DNA of 54,360 nucleotides from a virus. The stretch lies in UHGV virus genome UHGV-1841366; one strand, given 5' to 3'. The position numbers and the translations under genes are program-made. Under the pieces are notes generated by a model. That model did no database searches, was not told the DNA's origin, and worked only from the letters and a program-made list of their open reading frames with translations. The stretch's first letter is position 1. Every line of letters begins with the position of its first letter. Shown piece by piece: positions 27,014 to 36,534 of the stretch.

Positions 27014-27477
27014 AATACGATGCGCATCAGTTCAAACGTGCGGGGAATAGACTCAACAACAGCCAGAAAGCATTTAAGCGATATCTTATTCGGGACATGG
27101 AAAAGCTGGCGCGTTTGGTTGAGCGTCTCAGCCGTGCAATGGATCCGCTGGAAACCGGATCTCTGGAGACAGCTATCTTTGCCAGGGTGATTAAAGAAGG
27201 TTATTCAGGGCTGCGCATTGAGCTTTCTGTGTCTGGAGCAAAACCACGTCAGGGGCATCCGGGCGTAGAAGTAGGTGACTATGCTAAGTACATGGAGCTG
27301 GGTAAATATCGACTCGGTTATCTTTCTCGAATGAAGAACGTGACAAACCCACCAATTGCCGGTGTTAAACCTCGTGTTGGGCCACACTTTCTGGAAAGAG
27401 CGGTGGAAATTAGCGAGAAGCAGTTCTCAGAAGCGATTCTTGAGGCTGCCAGAAAAGCCGGTTTTACGAGAGGTTAA
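27004..27477 (+). CDS. putative head-tail/tail completion protein
   Basis: 157 aa; position only. Confidence 0.4.
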   Translation: MGLKYDAHQFKRAGNRLNNSQKAFKRYLIRDMEKLARLVERLSRAMDPLETGSLETAIFARVIKEGYSGLRIELSVSGAKPRQGHPGVEVGDYAKYMELGKYRLGYLSRMKNVTNPPIAGVKPRVGPHFLERAVEISEKQFSEAILEAARKAGFTRG

Positions 27478-27478
27478 T

Positions 27479-27862
27479 GTGTTTATCGAAGCGTTTGCAA
27501 GTTTGATGCAGAAGGCAAAGATTGGCACGGTCGGGACTGACATTTTCTGTCACTACTTGCCTGCCAATGTGAAATCTGGCGTCCTGCTTATTAACCCAAA
27601 TACCGGCATCAGCATCGATCATGAGCTACAGGGCTTTTATCACGAATCATTCACAATCATTGTGCGTGGTTCATCAGTAACCACGACGGTTGATAAGGCC
27701 AATAAAATCATTGAGATGTTTCCAGTAGAGGAAACGGAATCTGGTGGTGTTTATTTTCGACTTGTACGACCGATGGCGATGCCAATCATTTATCCCAAAA
27801 ATGATGGGGCATTAATAGAAGCAGGCATTCCTGTTGAATTTGCTGGCTATTTATTGAATTAA
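27479..27862 (+). CDS. putative tail-associated protein
   Basis: GTG start directly after the upstream TAA, with GAGAGG ribosome-binding site; in frame with ORF 27356..27862. Confidence 0.4.
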   Translation: MFIEAFASLMQKAKIGTVGTDIFCHYLPANVKSGVLLINPNTGISIDHELQGFYHESFTIIVRGSSVTTTVDKANKIIEMFPVEETESGGVYFRLVRPMAMPIIYPKNDGALIEAGIPVEFAGYLLN

Positions 27863-27936
27863 GTCAATTGGTAAGTATATACTTACTGTTAGCGCAATAA
27901 ATGCGTAGAATTAAAGGAAAAAGGAGTTTTCCATCA

Positions 27937-28683
27937 ATGTCTAATACCCATGTAAAAAACATCAAACTTGGTGCCTGTAAGGTGTCGTTTGGTGGTGTGG
28001 ATTTGGGGTACACCAAAGGTGGTGTTCAGGTTGAAGTTGCCACTGAAACGCTGAAAGTCACCGTCGACCAGCACGGTCAGACAATTATGTCCGAGCTGGT
28101 GCAGGGTCGTAACATTACCATTACTGCGCCGCTGGCCGAGTCTGTATTGAAAAATATGGTCGATCTGATGCCGGGGTCTACTCTGAGCGAAGACGACAAC
28201 GCTGTGACCATTACTTCCGCACAGGGCGTCAATCTGATCGATGTGGCGAAGGAGCTGGTTCTGACTCCGCAGGACACCACCGACTATGTGTTGACCATCC
28301 CAAAAGCGGCAACCGCGGGCAACTTCACGATGACCTACCAGTCTGATGATATCCGTGTGTTCTCTGTTCAATTCAGCGCATACCCAGATGACGCGGGTGT
28401 GTTGGGGAAAATGGGAATGCACAAGCCTGTTGAGAGTATCGCGATTAATTCAGCTACCCAAACAGTCAAAGTGGGGGCAAAACTCCAGTTAAGTGCGGCT
28501 TTCACTCCAGCGGATGCAAGTAATAAATCTGGGGTATGGGAGTCTAATGCCCCAGATAAGGCTGTTGTAGATCAAAATGGGGTTGTTTCGGGCAAGGCGG
28601 TTGGCTCAGTCGAGATTACTTTCACCGCCGATGACAGCGGAAAAAAAGCAACTAAATCAATTTCGGTAACAGCAGCAGGCTAA
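27937..28683 (+). CDS. major tail protein with C-terminal Ig-like domain
   Basis: In-frame ATG (MSNTHVK) after AGGAG; C-terminal 80 aa show the Big_2-like pattern; gene order matches lambda V, whose product also carries a C-terminal Ig-like domain. Confidence 0.6.
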   Translation: MSNTHVKNIKLGACKVSFGGVDLGYTKGGVQVEVATETLKVTVDQHGQTIMSELVQGRNITITAPLAESVLKNMVDLMPGSTLSEDDNAVTITSAQGVNLIDVAKELVLTPQDTTDYVLTIPKAATAGNFTMTYQSDDIRVFSVQFSAYPDDAGVLGKMGMHKPVESIAINSATQTVKVGAKLQLSAAFTPADASNKSGVWESNAPDKAVVDQNGVVSGKAVGSVEITFTADDSGKKATKSISVTAAG

Positions 28684-28737
28684 ACGTCATACGAGGCTTA
28701 ATTAGGCCTCGTATCTTGTATAAAAGGATTTTAACAA

Positions 28738-29055
28738 ATGACCAAATTACTCGATCTCGATTCCATTCTGCCTCCGAAGAAAAGTATCAAATTTGGCGGT
28801 CAGGAATATCCCATCGTTGAAATGACGGTAGGTCTGTTCGTTTCCATCAAGCAGATGGAAGGTAAAGATCTCATGAACATGTCTCCTGTTGAGCAGGTGA
28901 CAGCTTATGCAGATCTGGTTCGTAAGGTTATCCCTTCTGTACCTGACGAAGTTCTTGAAAAACTGACTGTTCCGCAACTCCAGCAGATCTTCAACTTCGC
29001 TATGGAAGTGATTGATGAAGAAAACGAAAAAGCGGCTGGCGAAGGGGCAAAGTAA
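28738..29055 (+). CDS. tail assembly chaperone (lambda G-like)
   Basis: 105 aa between major tail and tape measure genes; acidic C-terminus. Confidence 0.55.
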   Translation: MTKLLDLDSILPPKKSIKFGGQEYPIVEMTVGLFVSIKQMEGKDLMNMSPVEQVTAYADLVRKVIPSVPDEVLEKLTVPQLQQIFNFAMEVIDEENEKAAGEGAK

Positions 29056-29135
29056 TTTCCCGCGATGAATCCGGGACAAGGACCGTCTCAATAGATCTCG
29101 GATTCTATTTCAGTCGTGTAGTTGCTCACTACGCC

Positions 29136-29405
29136 GTGTCGCCATTAGAGCTATTGAACATCCCTCTCACGATGTTCTGGATGCTCAGCCGTAATATAGA
29201 CCGTCTGCGTGCGGAAGAAGATGTCCGCAACTTACAAGTCGCTCGTGTATCCCAGGCGAATGGCGAGGCTGTAAAGGCGTTCATGGAGGGGTTGCAACTC
29301 AGGATTGGAAGACCAGTCGTTACAGATAAAGTCTACGATCCAAGCCAGGATAAGGCAGACCCTGACGCCAAAGAGCAACTGATGCAAATATTTGGCAGAG
29401 GATGA
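29136..29405 (+). CDS. tail assembly chaperone T-like segment (possible frameshift extension)
   Basis: The -1 frame relative to the G-like gene is open from 29019 to 29405, with no ATG until a GTG at 29136; arrangement mirrors lambda G/GT. Confidence 0.4.
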   Translation: MSPLELLNIPLTMFWMLSRNIDRLRAEEDVRNLQVARVSQANGEAVKAFMEGLQLRIGRPVVTDKVYDPSQDKADPDAKEQLMQIFGRG

Positions 29406-29412
29406 CAAGGGA

Positions 29413-32400
29413 ATGTCACAAAACGTAGAGTTTATCCTGTCGCTGGAAGACAAACAGTTTACAGCGACAATCGATCGTGCGGGGAAACTGCTTACTCGAT
29501 TTGGTGAGCAGGTAACAAAGCCTGCTCAAAAAATCCAAACCTTTGAACGCTCTTTGGGTTCGGTCGCCCGTATCATTGGCGTTCTGGAAAGCAAGCTCGA
29601 TTCTACGGCAGACAAACTACAGGATGTAGCTGCCGGTTTTGAGCTTGCTTCAGATGCTACGCGTAAAATGCGTGGCAACATCACCAGCCTCAATTCTGGT
29701 CTTAAAGCCCTGATTGAGCGCGTCGATACGACAACTTCTTCAGTAGATAAACTCACCGCGTCATTACGTAAAGTGCAATCAGAGCTAAATGATTTCTCTG
29801 ATTGGGCGACCTATGCAAGCAAAAGCGCAAGCCGCTTTGGTACGGAGGTAAAAGAAGCCTCTGCGTCCGTGAGTGGTATGAATACGCGCCTTAATACCAC
29901 GACGAAGCGACTCAGTAATTGGGGCGTCACAACGAGCCAGGCTGCCGAGGGGCTGAAAAAGGTTCGTGAGCAGATGGACGAAGTTATCGGACGTCAGCAA
30001 CTGATTAGCAAGCCGGTACGCGTTCGTACATCTGGAAATGGCGATGGTGGTAGCGGTAGCGGTAGCGGGCAGCGTAGCGGCGCTTCTGGCCATAGAGGTA
30101 AAAGTAACGAAGGAGGTATGTTCTCTGGTCTTCGTGGCAACATTTTCCTGCTTGGCGAGATCGGAGATGCAGCCAGAACGGTTACTGACATCATGTTTGG
30201 GTGGCAGAAACCTATTGTTGAAGCTGCGGCCGAAATGGAACGTATGCGGGTGATGCTTCGAGGGTTGAATAAGGAGAAGTCCAACCCTGGCCAGGCTGCT
30301 GCTGATGATATGAAGTACATCGTAGACATGGCTCAAAATGCGCCGTTCGCGATGCAGGCGTTAACAGACTCCTTCGTGAAGTTTCGTTCTGCTGGCTTAG
30401 ATCCAACCGATGGTTCTCTAAAGGCGCTGGTGGACTCCGTTGCTCGTTTTGGTGGGGATAGCGAACTTCTGAAGCGTGCATCCATTGCTATTCAGCAAAT
30501 GTCCGGTAAGGGCGTCGTGTCAATGGAAGAGCTACGTCAGCAATTAGGTGAGGCGATTCCGACAGCAATGAACGCAATGGCCAAGGCTGCTGGTCTGACA
30601 ATGGGCGAGTTAACTAAAGCTGTAGCATCTGGAACGGTAGAAGCCAAAAACGCACTGGCACTTATGTTCAAAGAGTTGAAGATGCAGAACGAGGGAGCTG
30701 CGTCCGAAATGATGAACACATTTACCGGTACGTTGGCGCAAATGAAGACAGCCTTTACGCTGTTCGCGGACAAAGTAGGCCAGACTGGTTATTTGTCTTC
30801 TTTAAGAGAGGGAATGAAAGAACTCACCTCCCTGATGAATAGCGCAGGGGGTACATCTTTTGCTCACTCGTTGGGAAGTGGATTGACAACGGCTGTGGAT
30901 GGCTTGCGTGACCTGGCGAAATGGCTGATTAAAAACCAGGAGCTTGTTGTCACTTTCGGCAAAGCCGTCGCTGTAACGATGGCCTTCAGACTCCTCAAAT
31001 CGGGGATTTCTGGTGTCATCGGCACTGCTAATAGCATGATCAGCACCTTTGCTACGGTATCCACCACAATACAGGGGACATTTGATCTTGCGACGACAGC
31101 CGTTAAACGCTTCAATCGAGCCTCGCGCATGGGACTATCTACCATCCCAGCATTGATTTTTGCTATTCGCAATGCATTTGCTGGCTTGACTGCGTTCATG
31201 GCTGCAAACCCTATAGGATTCTTCTTTACTGCTGCGGTAACGGCGGTTTCGACGCTGATCTGGCACATGAGCAGTCTGAGGAAGAAAGTCGAAGACGTTG
31301 TAAACAAAGTCAGAGAAATCCCTGAAGCGATGACGCAGGCAGATCGCGCGATACTGGAAAGCGAACTGAGCAAGAAAGATCGAGAGATCGCCAGACTGGA
31401 AAAAGAAGTCGAGACTGGCAAAACCTTGCATTTTTCAGCATACACGGGACCGTACGAAGTTGGTGTCGATGTTGACGACAGCAAAAAGAAACTGGAAAAA
31501 ACGCGAAAAGAAAGAGAGGAAGTCGCCAAAGCTCTTGATGGCGGCATAGCCGAAACCACCAAACAAAGCATTACTAAGAAATATAGAGAGGATATTGATG
31601 CGGTCAACCAGAAAGGGAATGCATTAATAGCCTCACTCGCCAAAGAGATAGAAAGACTCACCAAAAGCAATGAGAAAATTGCCGCGCGGTCGGACTTGTC
31701 CGACCACGAAAAAAGCAAATTAAGGGCAGAAAACAACGCAGAACTTGGACGTTTGTACGCCCAGGCCGACGAGCAAAAACTCAAAGGGTATAAAGCTCGT
31801 TATGAGAAGGGGCTTGGTGAACTCGCCACATACTCAGAGGCGCTCAAAAAGGCCCAAGAGTCGAACGATATGCAGGGGCAAAAAGAAGCCCAGACAAAGA
31901 TAGACTCCACCACCGAGGCTTTGAAGATTGTAAAAGAGGGGATGGAGAACCTTGAAATCAGTCTTAGCGTGAAAGCTGGGGACGGCTTGGTTTCTATTAA
32001 TGGCGGTAAAATTGGTGAGTTTTCAAGCACACCAGTTGATGCTAATTCCAAAACTATGACTGGTTTTTGGAAACAGCAGATGGACTCTAAAAGGTATCAA
32101 AGAGTCAATCTCGATGGTTCCGCATTATACGACTTACAAGGTCAACCTGTTGTTGGGCCTCGACAACTCAAGGAGCAATTAAGACAGAAGAAAATTTACG
32201 GTGATGTGAAATTAGAGCAGTTGTCAGAAAATGACCGCATCGCAGTAATTAAGACTCTGACAAAAGCTCGTGAACTTGATGCTGAAGCAGCGGATAAGGC
32301 AGCAAACCGTACCGCAAAAGCAGCCGAGAGAGCAGCCAAGAAAGAACAGGCAGCGCAACAGAAACTGGCAGCCGGATACCAGAAGGCTCTGGACAAAGCC

Positions 32401-33987
32401 GATCAGCTTATGGGGCAAATGGGGGAAAGCTCTAAGGCTACGGTATCGTTTGATCAGTCTCTTCGCGATACAACGAAATCGCTGACAGATTTGGCTAATG
32501 CGGTTCCTAACGAGTTCATCACTCAAGAGATGATCGACAAGGCGAAAAAACGTCTTGAAGACCTCAAAAATGCGACACCTGAATATCGCGAGATGTTTAA
32601 TCGCCGCAATGTTGAGCAGATGATCTCCACTTGGGCACCGGAGGCGGATTCCATTATTAGTGCTGGCTATACGCCGTCTCGTGAAGAGAAAGTTGCTGAT
32701 TTCGAAGACACCTACAACCGTAATCTTAAAGCATTGATTGATTTACGGAAAGCTGCGATTGAGTCAGGCACAGCATCACAAAGCCAGATTGAGTTGTTCG
32801 GTAAAAAGATCAATCAACTTATTGCTGCTGGCAATACCGCGCTTATTAAAGAGACGGGGACTGCGACGCAGAAGTTGGCACTGGAATACGAAAACCTGGC
32901 AGAGCAGATCGAAAGCACCTGGACGGATTTGTTTAGTGGCTTAACTGATGTCCTGACTGATTTCGTTATTAACGGGAAGATGAGCTTCTCCAGCCTGTCT
33001 CAGTCCATTTTGAAAGATATCACCAATATGGTCGTGAAGTCGCAGATCACGCTACCTCTGATGAACATGTTGGGGATGGGAACCACCGCAGCTGGTAGTT
33101 CGCAGAGTGGTAATTTGCTGACCGGGGTTGCTTCCGCCGTTGCCAATCAAGGGGTACGAATGGGCAACACTGTTAATGGTGACAAGTCGGTAGGAGAAGC
33201 CACGAAGGAGACGTCCAGTTCGGTAACTGGATTGGGGCAAACGACACAGCAGACCACCAGCGCAATTGGTACTGCAACAAATGCGATTGGTAGCTGGGTA
33301 TCAGGGCTATTTGATAGCACTGAAGCCAAAGATACCGAGACAAAAGCCGTGAAGGACTCCATCTTCTCGATGCAGAACCTCAGCTCTGTTACCGGAGCGC
33401 TATCTGCCGCTTTTGCAATGCTTGGGGCTAACGCTTCCGGCTCTGGTAATAAGTGGTTGAATTTTGGAGCAACGGTTGCAACTGGCCTTGTTTCCGTCTG
33501 GGCTGGTGGTGGTTTTGATAAACTACTGTCAAGCTCTTCGAGAACAACTTCCGGCTTTAATAATCTGACCGGCCCAGCTGCTGACGGCACGAATGGCATC
33601 CCTGCAATTCCGAAGTTCGCAAATGGTGGCATATTCGGAAAAGACGGTGTGATTCCGCTTCGAGCGTATCAGAAAGGTGGTATTGCCAACTCTCCCCAAT
33701 TGGCGTTGTTTGGAGAAGGTTCTATGAATGAGGCGTATGTTCCATTGCCTGATGGTCGAACGATCCCCGTAACGCTCAGTACCGATGGTATGAGTGGAAA
33801 CGGAAACGTTCTTTCTCCGGTATCAATTGAGATCAACGTCCATAGTGACGGCAGCACAACTGAATCCGGTGATAAAGAAAGCATATGGAACAATGCCGCT
33901 CAACGGGTGAAAGCTGTCGTGCTTGAGACTATCGCTCAAGAGAAACGCCCTGGCGGATCACTCAATCCAAACACTCAACGTAACTAA
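29413..33987 (+). CDS. tail tape measure protein
   Basis: About 1524 aa, alpha-helical/coiled-coil rich with a Gly-rich segment; ATG at 29413 chosen for the AGAGGA ribosome-binding site (ORF track starts at TTG 29392). Confidence 0.8.
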   Translation: MSQNVEFILSLEDKQFTATIDRAGKLLTRFGEQVTKPAQKIQTFERSLGSVARIIGVLESKLDSTADKLQDVAAGFELASDATRKMRGNITSLNSGLKALIERVDTTTSSVDKLTASLRKVQSELNDFSDWATYASKSASRFGTEVKEASASVSGMNTRLNTTTKRLSNWGVTTSQAAEGLKKVREQMDEVIGRQQLISKPVRVRTSGNGDGGSGSGSGQRSGASGHRGKSNEGGMFSGLRGNIFLLGEIGDAARTVTDIMFGWQKPIVEAAAEMERMRVMLRGLNKEKSNPGQAAADDMKYIVDMAQNAPFAMQALTDSFVKFRSAGLDPTDGSLKALVDSVARFGGDSELLKRASIAIQQMSGKGVVSMEELRQQLGEAIPTAMNAMAKAAGLTMGELTKAVASGTVEAKNALALMFKELKMQNEGAASEMMNTFTGTLAQMKTAFTLFADKVGQTGYLSSLREGMKELTSLMNSAGGTSFAHSLGSGLTTAVDGLRDLAKWLIKNQELVVTFGKAVAVTMAFRLLKSGISGVIGTANSMISTFATVSTTIQGTFDLATTAVKRFNRASRMGLSTIPALIFAIRNAFAGLTAFMAANPIGFFFTAAVTAVSTLIWHMSSLRKKVEDVVNKVREIPEAMTQADRAILESELSKKDREIARLEKEVETGKTLHFSAYTGPYEVGVDVDDSKKKLEKTRKEREEVAKALDGGIAETTKQSITKKYREDIDAVNQKGNALIASLAKEIERLTKSNEKIAARSDLSDHEKSKLRAENNAELGRLYAQADEQKLKGYKARYEKGLGELATYSEALKKAQESNDMQGQKEAQTKIDSTTEALKIVKEGMENLEISLSVKAGDGLVSINGGKIGEFSSTPVDANSKTMTGFWKQQMDSKRYQRVNLDGSALYDLQGQPVVGPRQLKEQLRQKKIYGDVKLEQLSENDRIAVIKTLTKARELDAEAADKAANRTAKAAERAAKKEQAAQQKLAAGYQKALDKADQLMGQMGESSKATVSFDQSLRDTTKSLTDLANAVPNEFITQEMIDKAKKRLEDLKNATPEYREMFNRRNVEQMISTWAPEADSIISAGYTPSREEKVADFEDTYNRNLKALIDLRKAAIESGTASQSQIELFGKKINQLIAAGNTALIKETGTATQKLALEYENLAEQIESTWTDLFSGLTDVLTDFVINGKMSFSSLSQSILKDITNMVVKSQITLPLMNMLGMGTTAAGSSQSGNLLTGVASAVANQGVRMGNTVNGDKSVGEATKETSSSVTGLGQTTQQTTSAIGTATNAIGSWVSGLFDSTEAKDTETKAVKDSIFSMQNLSSVTGALSAAFAMLGANASGSGNKWLNFGATVATGLVSVWAGGGFDKLLSSSSRTTSGFNNLTGPAADGTNGIPAIPKFANGGIFGKDGVIPLRAYQKGGIANSPQLALFGEGSMNEAYVPLPDGRTIPVTLSTDGMSGNGNVLSPVSIEINVHSDGSTTESGDKESIWNNAAQRVKAVVLETIAQEKRPGGSLNPNTQRN

Positions 33988-34029
33988 CTATCGACTGCCC
34001 CAGACGGGGCAGTCTCACAAGGATGTGAG

Positions 34030-34365
34030 ATGGAAAGACAAACGTTTAATTGGTATCCAGATTACGAATCTGAAAAAAGCGTAAAACCGAATGTAACGGT
34101 ACTTAATTTTGGTGATGACTACGAGCAGCGACAGGCTCAAGGTCTTAATCGTATTAAAGAAGAATGGTCGTTAACCTTTTCCAGACTATACAACGAAATT
34201 AATGCAATCGATGACTTCCTGACAGAGCGAGCAGGCGTTGAGTCGTTCTATTGGGTTAATCCAAGAGGCAAGCAGATTGTAGTTGCATGTGACAGTCATA
34301 CGATCAAGCGATATCGAGGGTACGCTGTATTAACAGCATCATTCAGACAAGTATTTGAGACTTAA
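34030..34365 (+). CDS. minor tail protein (lambda M-like)
   Basis: 111 aa first gene after tape measure; size and order match lambda M. Confidence 0.55.
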   Translation: MERQTFNWYPDYESEKSVKPNVTVLNFGDDYEQRQAQGLNRIKEEWSLTFSRLYNEINAIDDFLTERAGVESFYWVNPRGKQIVVACDSHTIKRYRGYAVLTASFRQVFET

Positions 34366-34447
34366 CTATCTGGATAAGTAAGTTCTAATTTACTATTATT
34401 ATGGCGCTGACAGGATGTTAGCGCCTACTTATTTCAAGGATGAAACA

Positions 34448-35146
34448 ATGGGAATTAAAGCTGATATTCAGAGCTTATCTCCCTCAGCACTCATTGAGTT
34501 GTTCGTACTGGATATGTCGAATACAACTTCAGGGGGGGAACTATTCTTCCACGCCGGAACAAACGAACTAATGCAACCGGTCGTCTGGCAAGGAGTGACA
34601 TATGAGCCGTGGCCAATCAAAGCATCAGGCTTTGACAAAACGGGCCAGGGAACGTTGCCACGTCCAAAAATTCAGGTATCGAACTTTGCCGGAACCGTCT
34701 CTGCGGAAGTTCAGGCAAACGACGATCTTGTTGGCTGCCGCGTTATTCGTAAGATGACGCTGGCTCGCTTCCTCGATGCCGTTAATTTTAAAGACGGCAA
34801 CCCAACAGCAGATCCAAACCAACATTTCCCGGATGAAATGTGGTTTATCGAACAGAAAACTCTCGAAACTCATCAGGTTGTCGAGTTTGAATTGTCCAGT
34901 GTGTTCGATTTGATGGGAGTGCAACTGCCGTATCGTCAGATCATTAAAAATACCTGCCCGTGGAAATACCGAGGAGCAGAATGCGGCTATACCGGTCCAT
35001 ATTTCGACAAAAATAACCAGCAGACGTCTATGGCTGGTGCGGATTACTGCACAAAACGTTATGACGCTTGTAATGCACGTCGGAATTATTTTGCCGACGG
35101 TGTGATCCATTTTGGCGGATTTATTGGAGCTACGCGGTATGGGTAA
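34448..35146 (+). CDS. minor tail protein (lambda L-like)
   Basis: In-frame ATG after AAGGA gives 232 aa; C-terminal cysteine cluster consistent with the Fe-S site known in lambda L. Confidence 0.6.
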   Translation: MGIKADIQSLSPSALIELFVLDMSNTTSGGELFFHAGTNELMQPVVWQGVTYEPWPIKASGFDKTGQGTLPRPKIQVSNFAGTVSAEVQANDDLVGCRVIRKMTLARFLDAVNFKDGNPTADPNQHFPDEMWFIEQKTLETHQVVEFELSSVFDLMGVQLPYRQIIKNTCPWKYRGAECGYTGPYFDKNNQQTSMAGADYCTKRYDACNARRNYFADGVIHFGGFIGATRYG

Positions 35147-35936
35147 TAAAGCAATCCCTGAGCTTGGCTCTGACGTTATGCAGCAAATCTATCTCTGTGC
35201 CATAAATCACTACCCTAATGAAGCGTGTGGCTTTCTGGTAAGAACTAATGGCGATAAATATCGCTTTATGGAAGCGCGAAATGTTTCGGAGAACCCGCAG
35301 AACACTTTTGTAATGCACGTTGACGACATTATGGCGGCAGAGGATGCAGGTGATGTTATCGCAATCTGGCATTCACATACTGATGAATCAGCAGAAGCAT
35401 CTGATGCCGATCGTGCAGGCTGCGAAGCAACGGAAGTTCCGTGGATGATTCTGGCTATTCGCAAGAATGTTGAGGGAGATGCGCCTTTCCATTTTAGCGA
35501 GATGAATGTGATCACACCTGATGGTTTCGAAATGCCATACCTGGGCAGACCTTATGTCTTTGGTGTGTTCGATTGCTGGATGTTGTGTCGGGACTATTTG
35601 AAGCGTGAGTTTGATATTGGGGTTAACTCCAATCCACATCTGCATATTCCATCGTGGTACACAGGCGATAACGATATTCTAGGCCAGAACTACCACAATG
35701 AGAGATTGGTGCGTCTGAAACCTGGAACGGAACCTCAGCGTGGAGACATTTTTCTCATTCAATACGGGAAAATGCCCGATCACTGTGTGGTTTATATTGG
35801 CGATGGGATGATTTTACATCACCAAATTGATCGCCTTAGTTGTCGTGCTTATTACGGCGGGATGTATCAGAAACATACGACGCATCACTTGCGTCACAGA
35901 GACTTGCTCAAGGGAGATGAGACGTGTCTGAGTTAG
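35139..35936 (+). CDS. tail assembly protein K-like (JAB/MPN plus NlpC/P60)
   Basis: JAMM-like HSHTDESAEASD motif and NlpC/P60-like Cys/His (FDCWMLCRDY); start overlaps the L-like gene. Confidence 0.6.
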   Translation: MGNKAIPELGSDVMQQIYLCAINHYPNEACGFLVRTNGDKYRFMEARNVSENPQNTFVMHVDDIMAAEDAGDVIAIWHSHTDESAEASDADRAGCEATEVPWMILAIRKNVEGDAPFHFSEMNVITPDGFEMPYLGRPYVFGVFDCWMLCRDYLKREFDIGVNSNPHLHIPSWYTGDNDILGQNYHNERLVRLKPGTEPQRGDIFLIQYGKMPDHCVVYIGDGMILHHQIDRLSCRAYYGGMYQKHTTHHLRHRDLLKGDETCLS

Positions 35937-36517
35937 TTCATGTGCAGCTTGGCGGCCCTATGGCCAAACATTTTGGCCGCCACTGGCATCTAAAGGTACG
36001 CAATACAAAACAGGCTCTGGATTTAATTGAGGCCAACAAGCCTGGGTTTAAGGCATGGATGAAGCGCAATATCAAAACCTATGACAGATACCACATCCAG
36101 ATCACCAATAAACAGGGCCACAAGTGGTCTGTGGACGAGAGTGAATATCAGATGATGGGGCAGTCTGACAACATTGCCAAAATCCGCATTACCCCTGTTC
36201 CGCGAGGAAGTGGTGGATCTGCCTTTGGGTGGTTTCAGACGATTGTGGGGGCCACTTTATTGGTGGCATCTTTTTTTGGCTTGCCCGCTCTTGCGCCTCT
36301 CGGTTTGTCACTGATGATGGGCGGTATAGCGCAAATCATATCTCCGCAAGCCACTAACGAAAGTGTGAGGCAGGCGGATAACTCGAACTCTTATTACTTC
36401 GATGGGCCTCAAAACACAACAAACCAGGGGAACCCTGTACAGCTTATCTATGGCGAGGAAATTTTAGTTGGCTCACAGGTCGTGAGTTCTTCTATCACCA
36501 TCGACCAGCTAATGTAA
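35924..36517 (+). CDS. tail assembly protein I-like
   Basis: GTG start after GGGAG; hydrophobic central segment; position between K-like and J-like genes. Confidence 0.5.
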   Translation: MSELVHVQLGGPMAKHFGRHWHLKVRNTKQALDLIEANKPGFKAWMKRNIKTYDRYHIQITNKQGHKWSVDESEYQMMGQSDNIAKIRITPVPRGSGGSAFGWFQTIVGATLLVASFFGLPALAPLGLSLMMGGIAQIISPQATNESVRQADNSNSYYFDGPQNTTNQGNPVQLIYGEEILVGSQVVSSSITIDQLM

Positions 36518-36534
36518 TCAAGGATTTTTTGGAC

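Noticed and set aside
29019-29060. Canonical -1 slippery heptamer for G/GT frameshifting
   Set aside because: The GAAAAAG run at 29026-29032 is not phased as X-XXY-YYZ in the zero frame; frameshifting is left as a possibility only.
30864-31784. 306-aa minus-strand ORF inside the tape measure gene (and similar antisense ORFs such as 33147..33632, 22748..23245, 16845..17384, 23669..24085, 27934..28422, 44521..45009)
   Set aside because: All are antisense to well-supported + strand genes in a region with no minus-strand starts or terminators; typical long antisense frames in GC-richer coding DNA.
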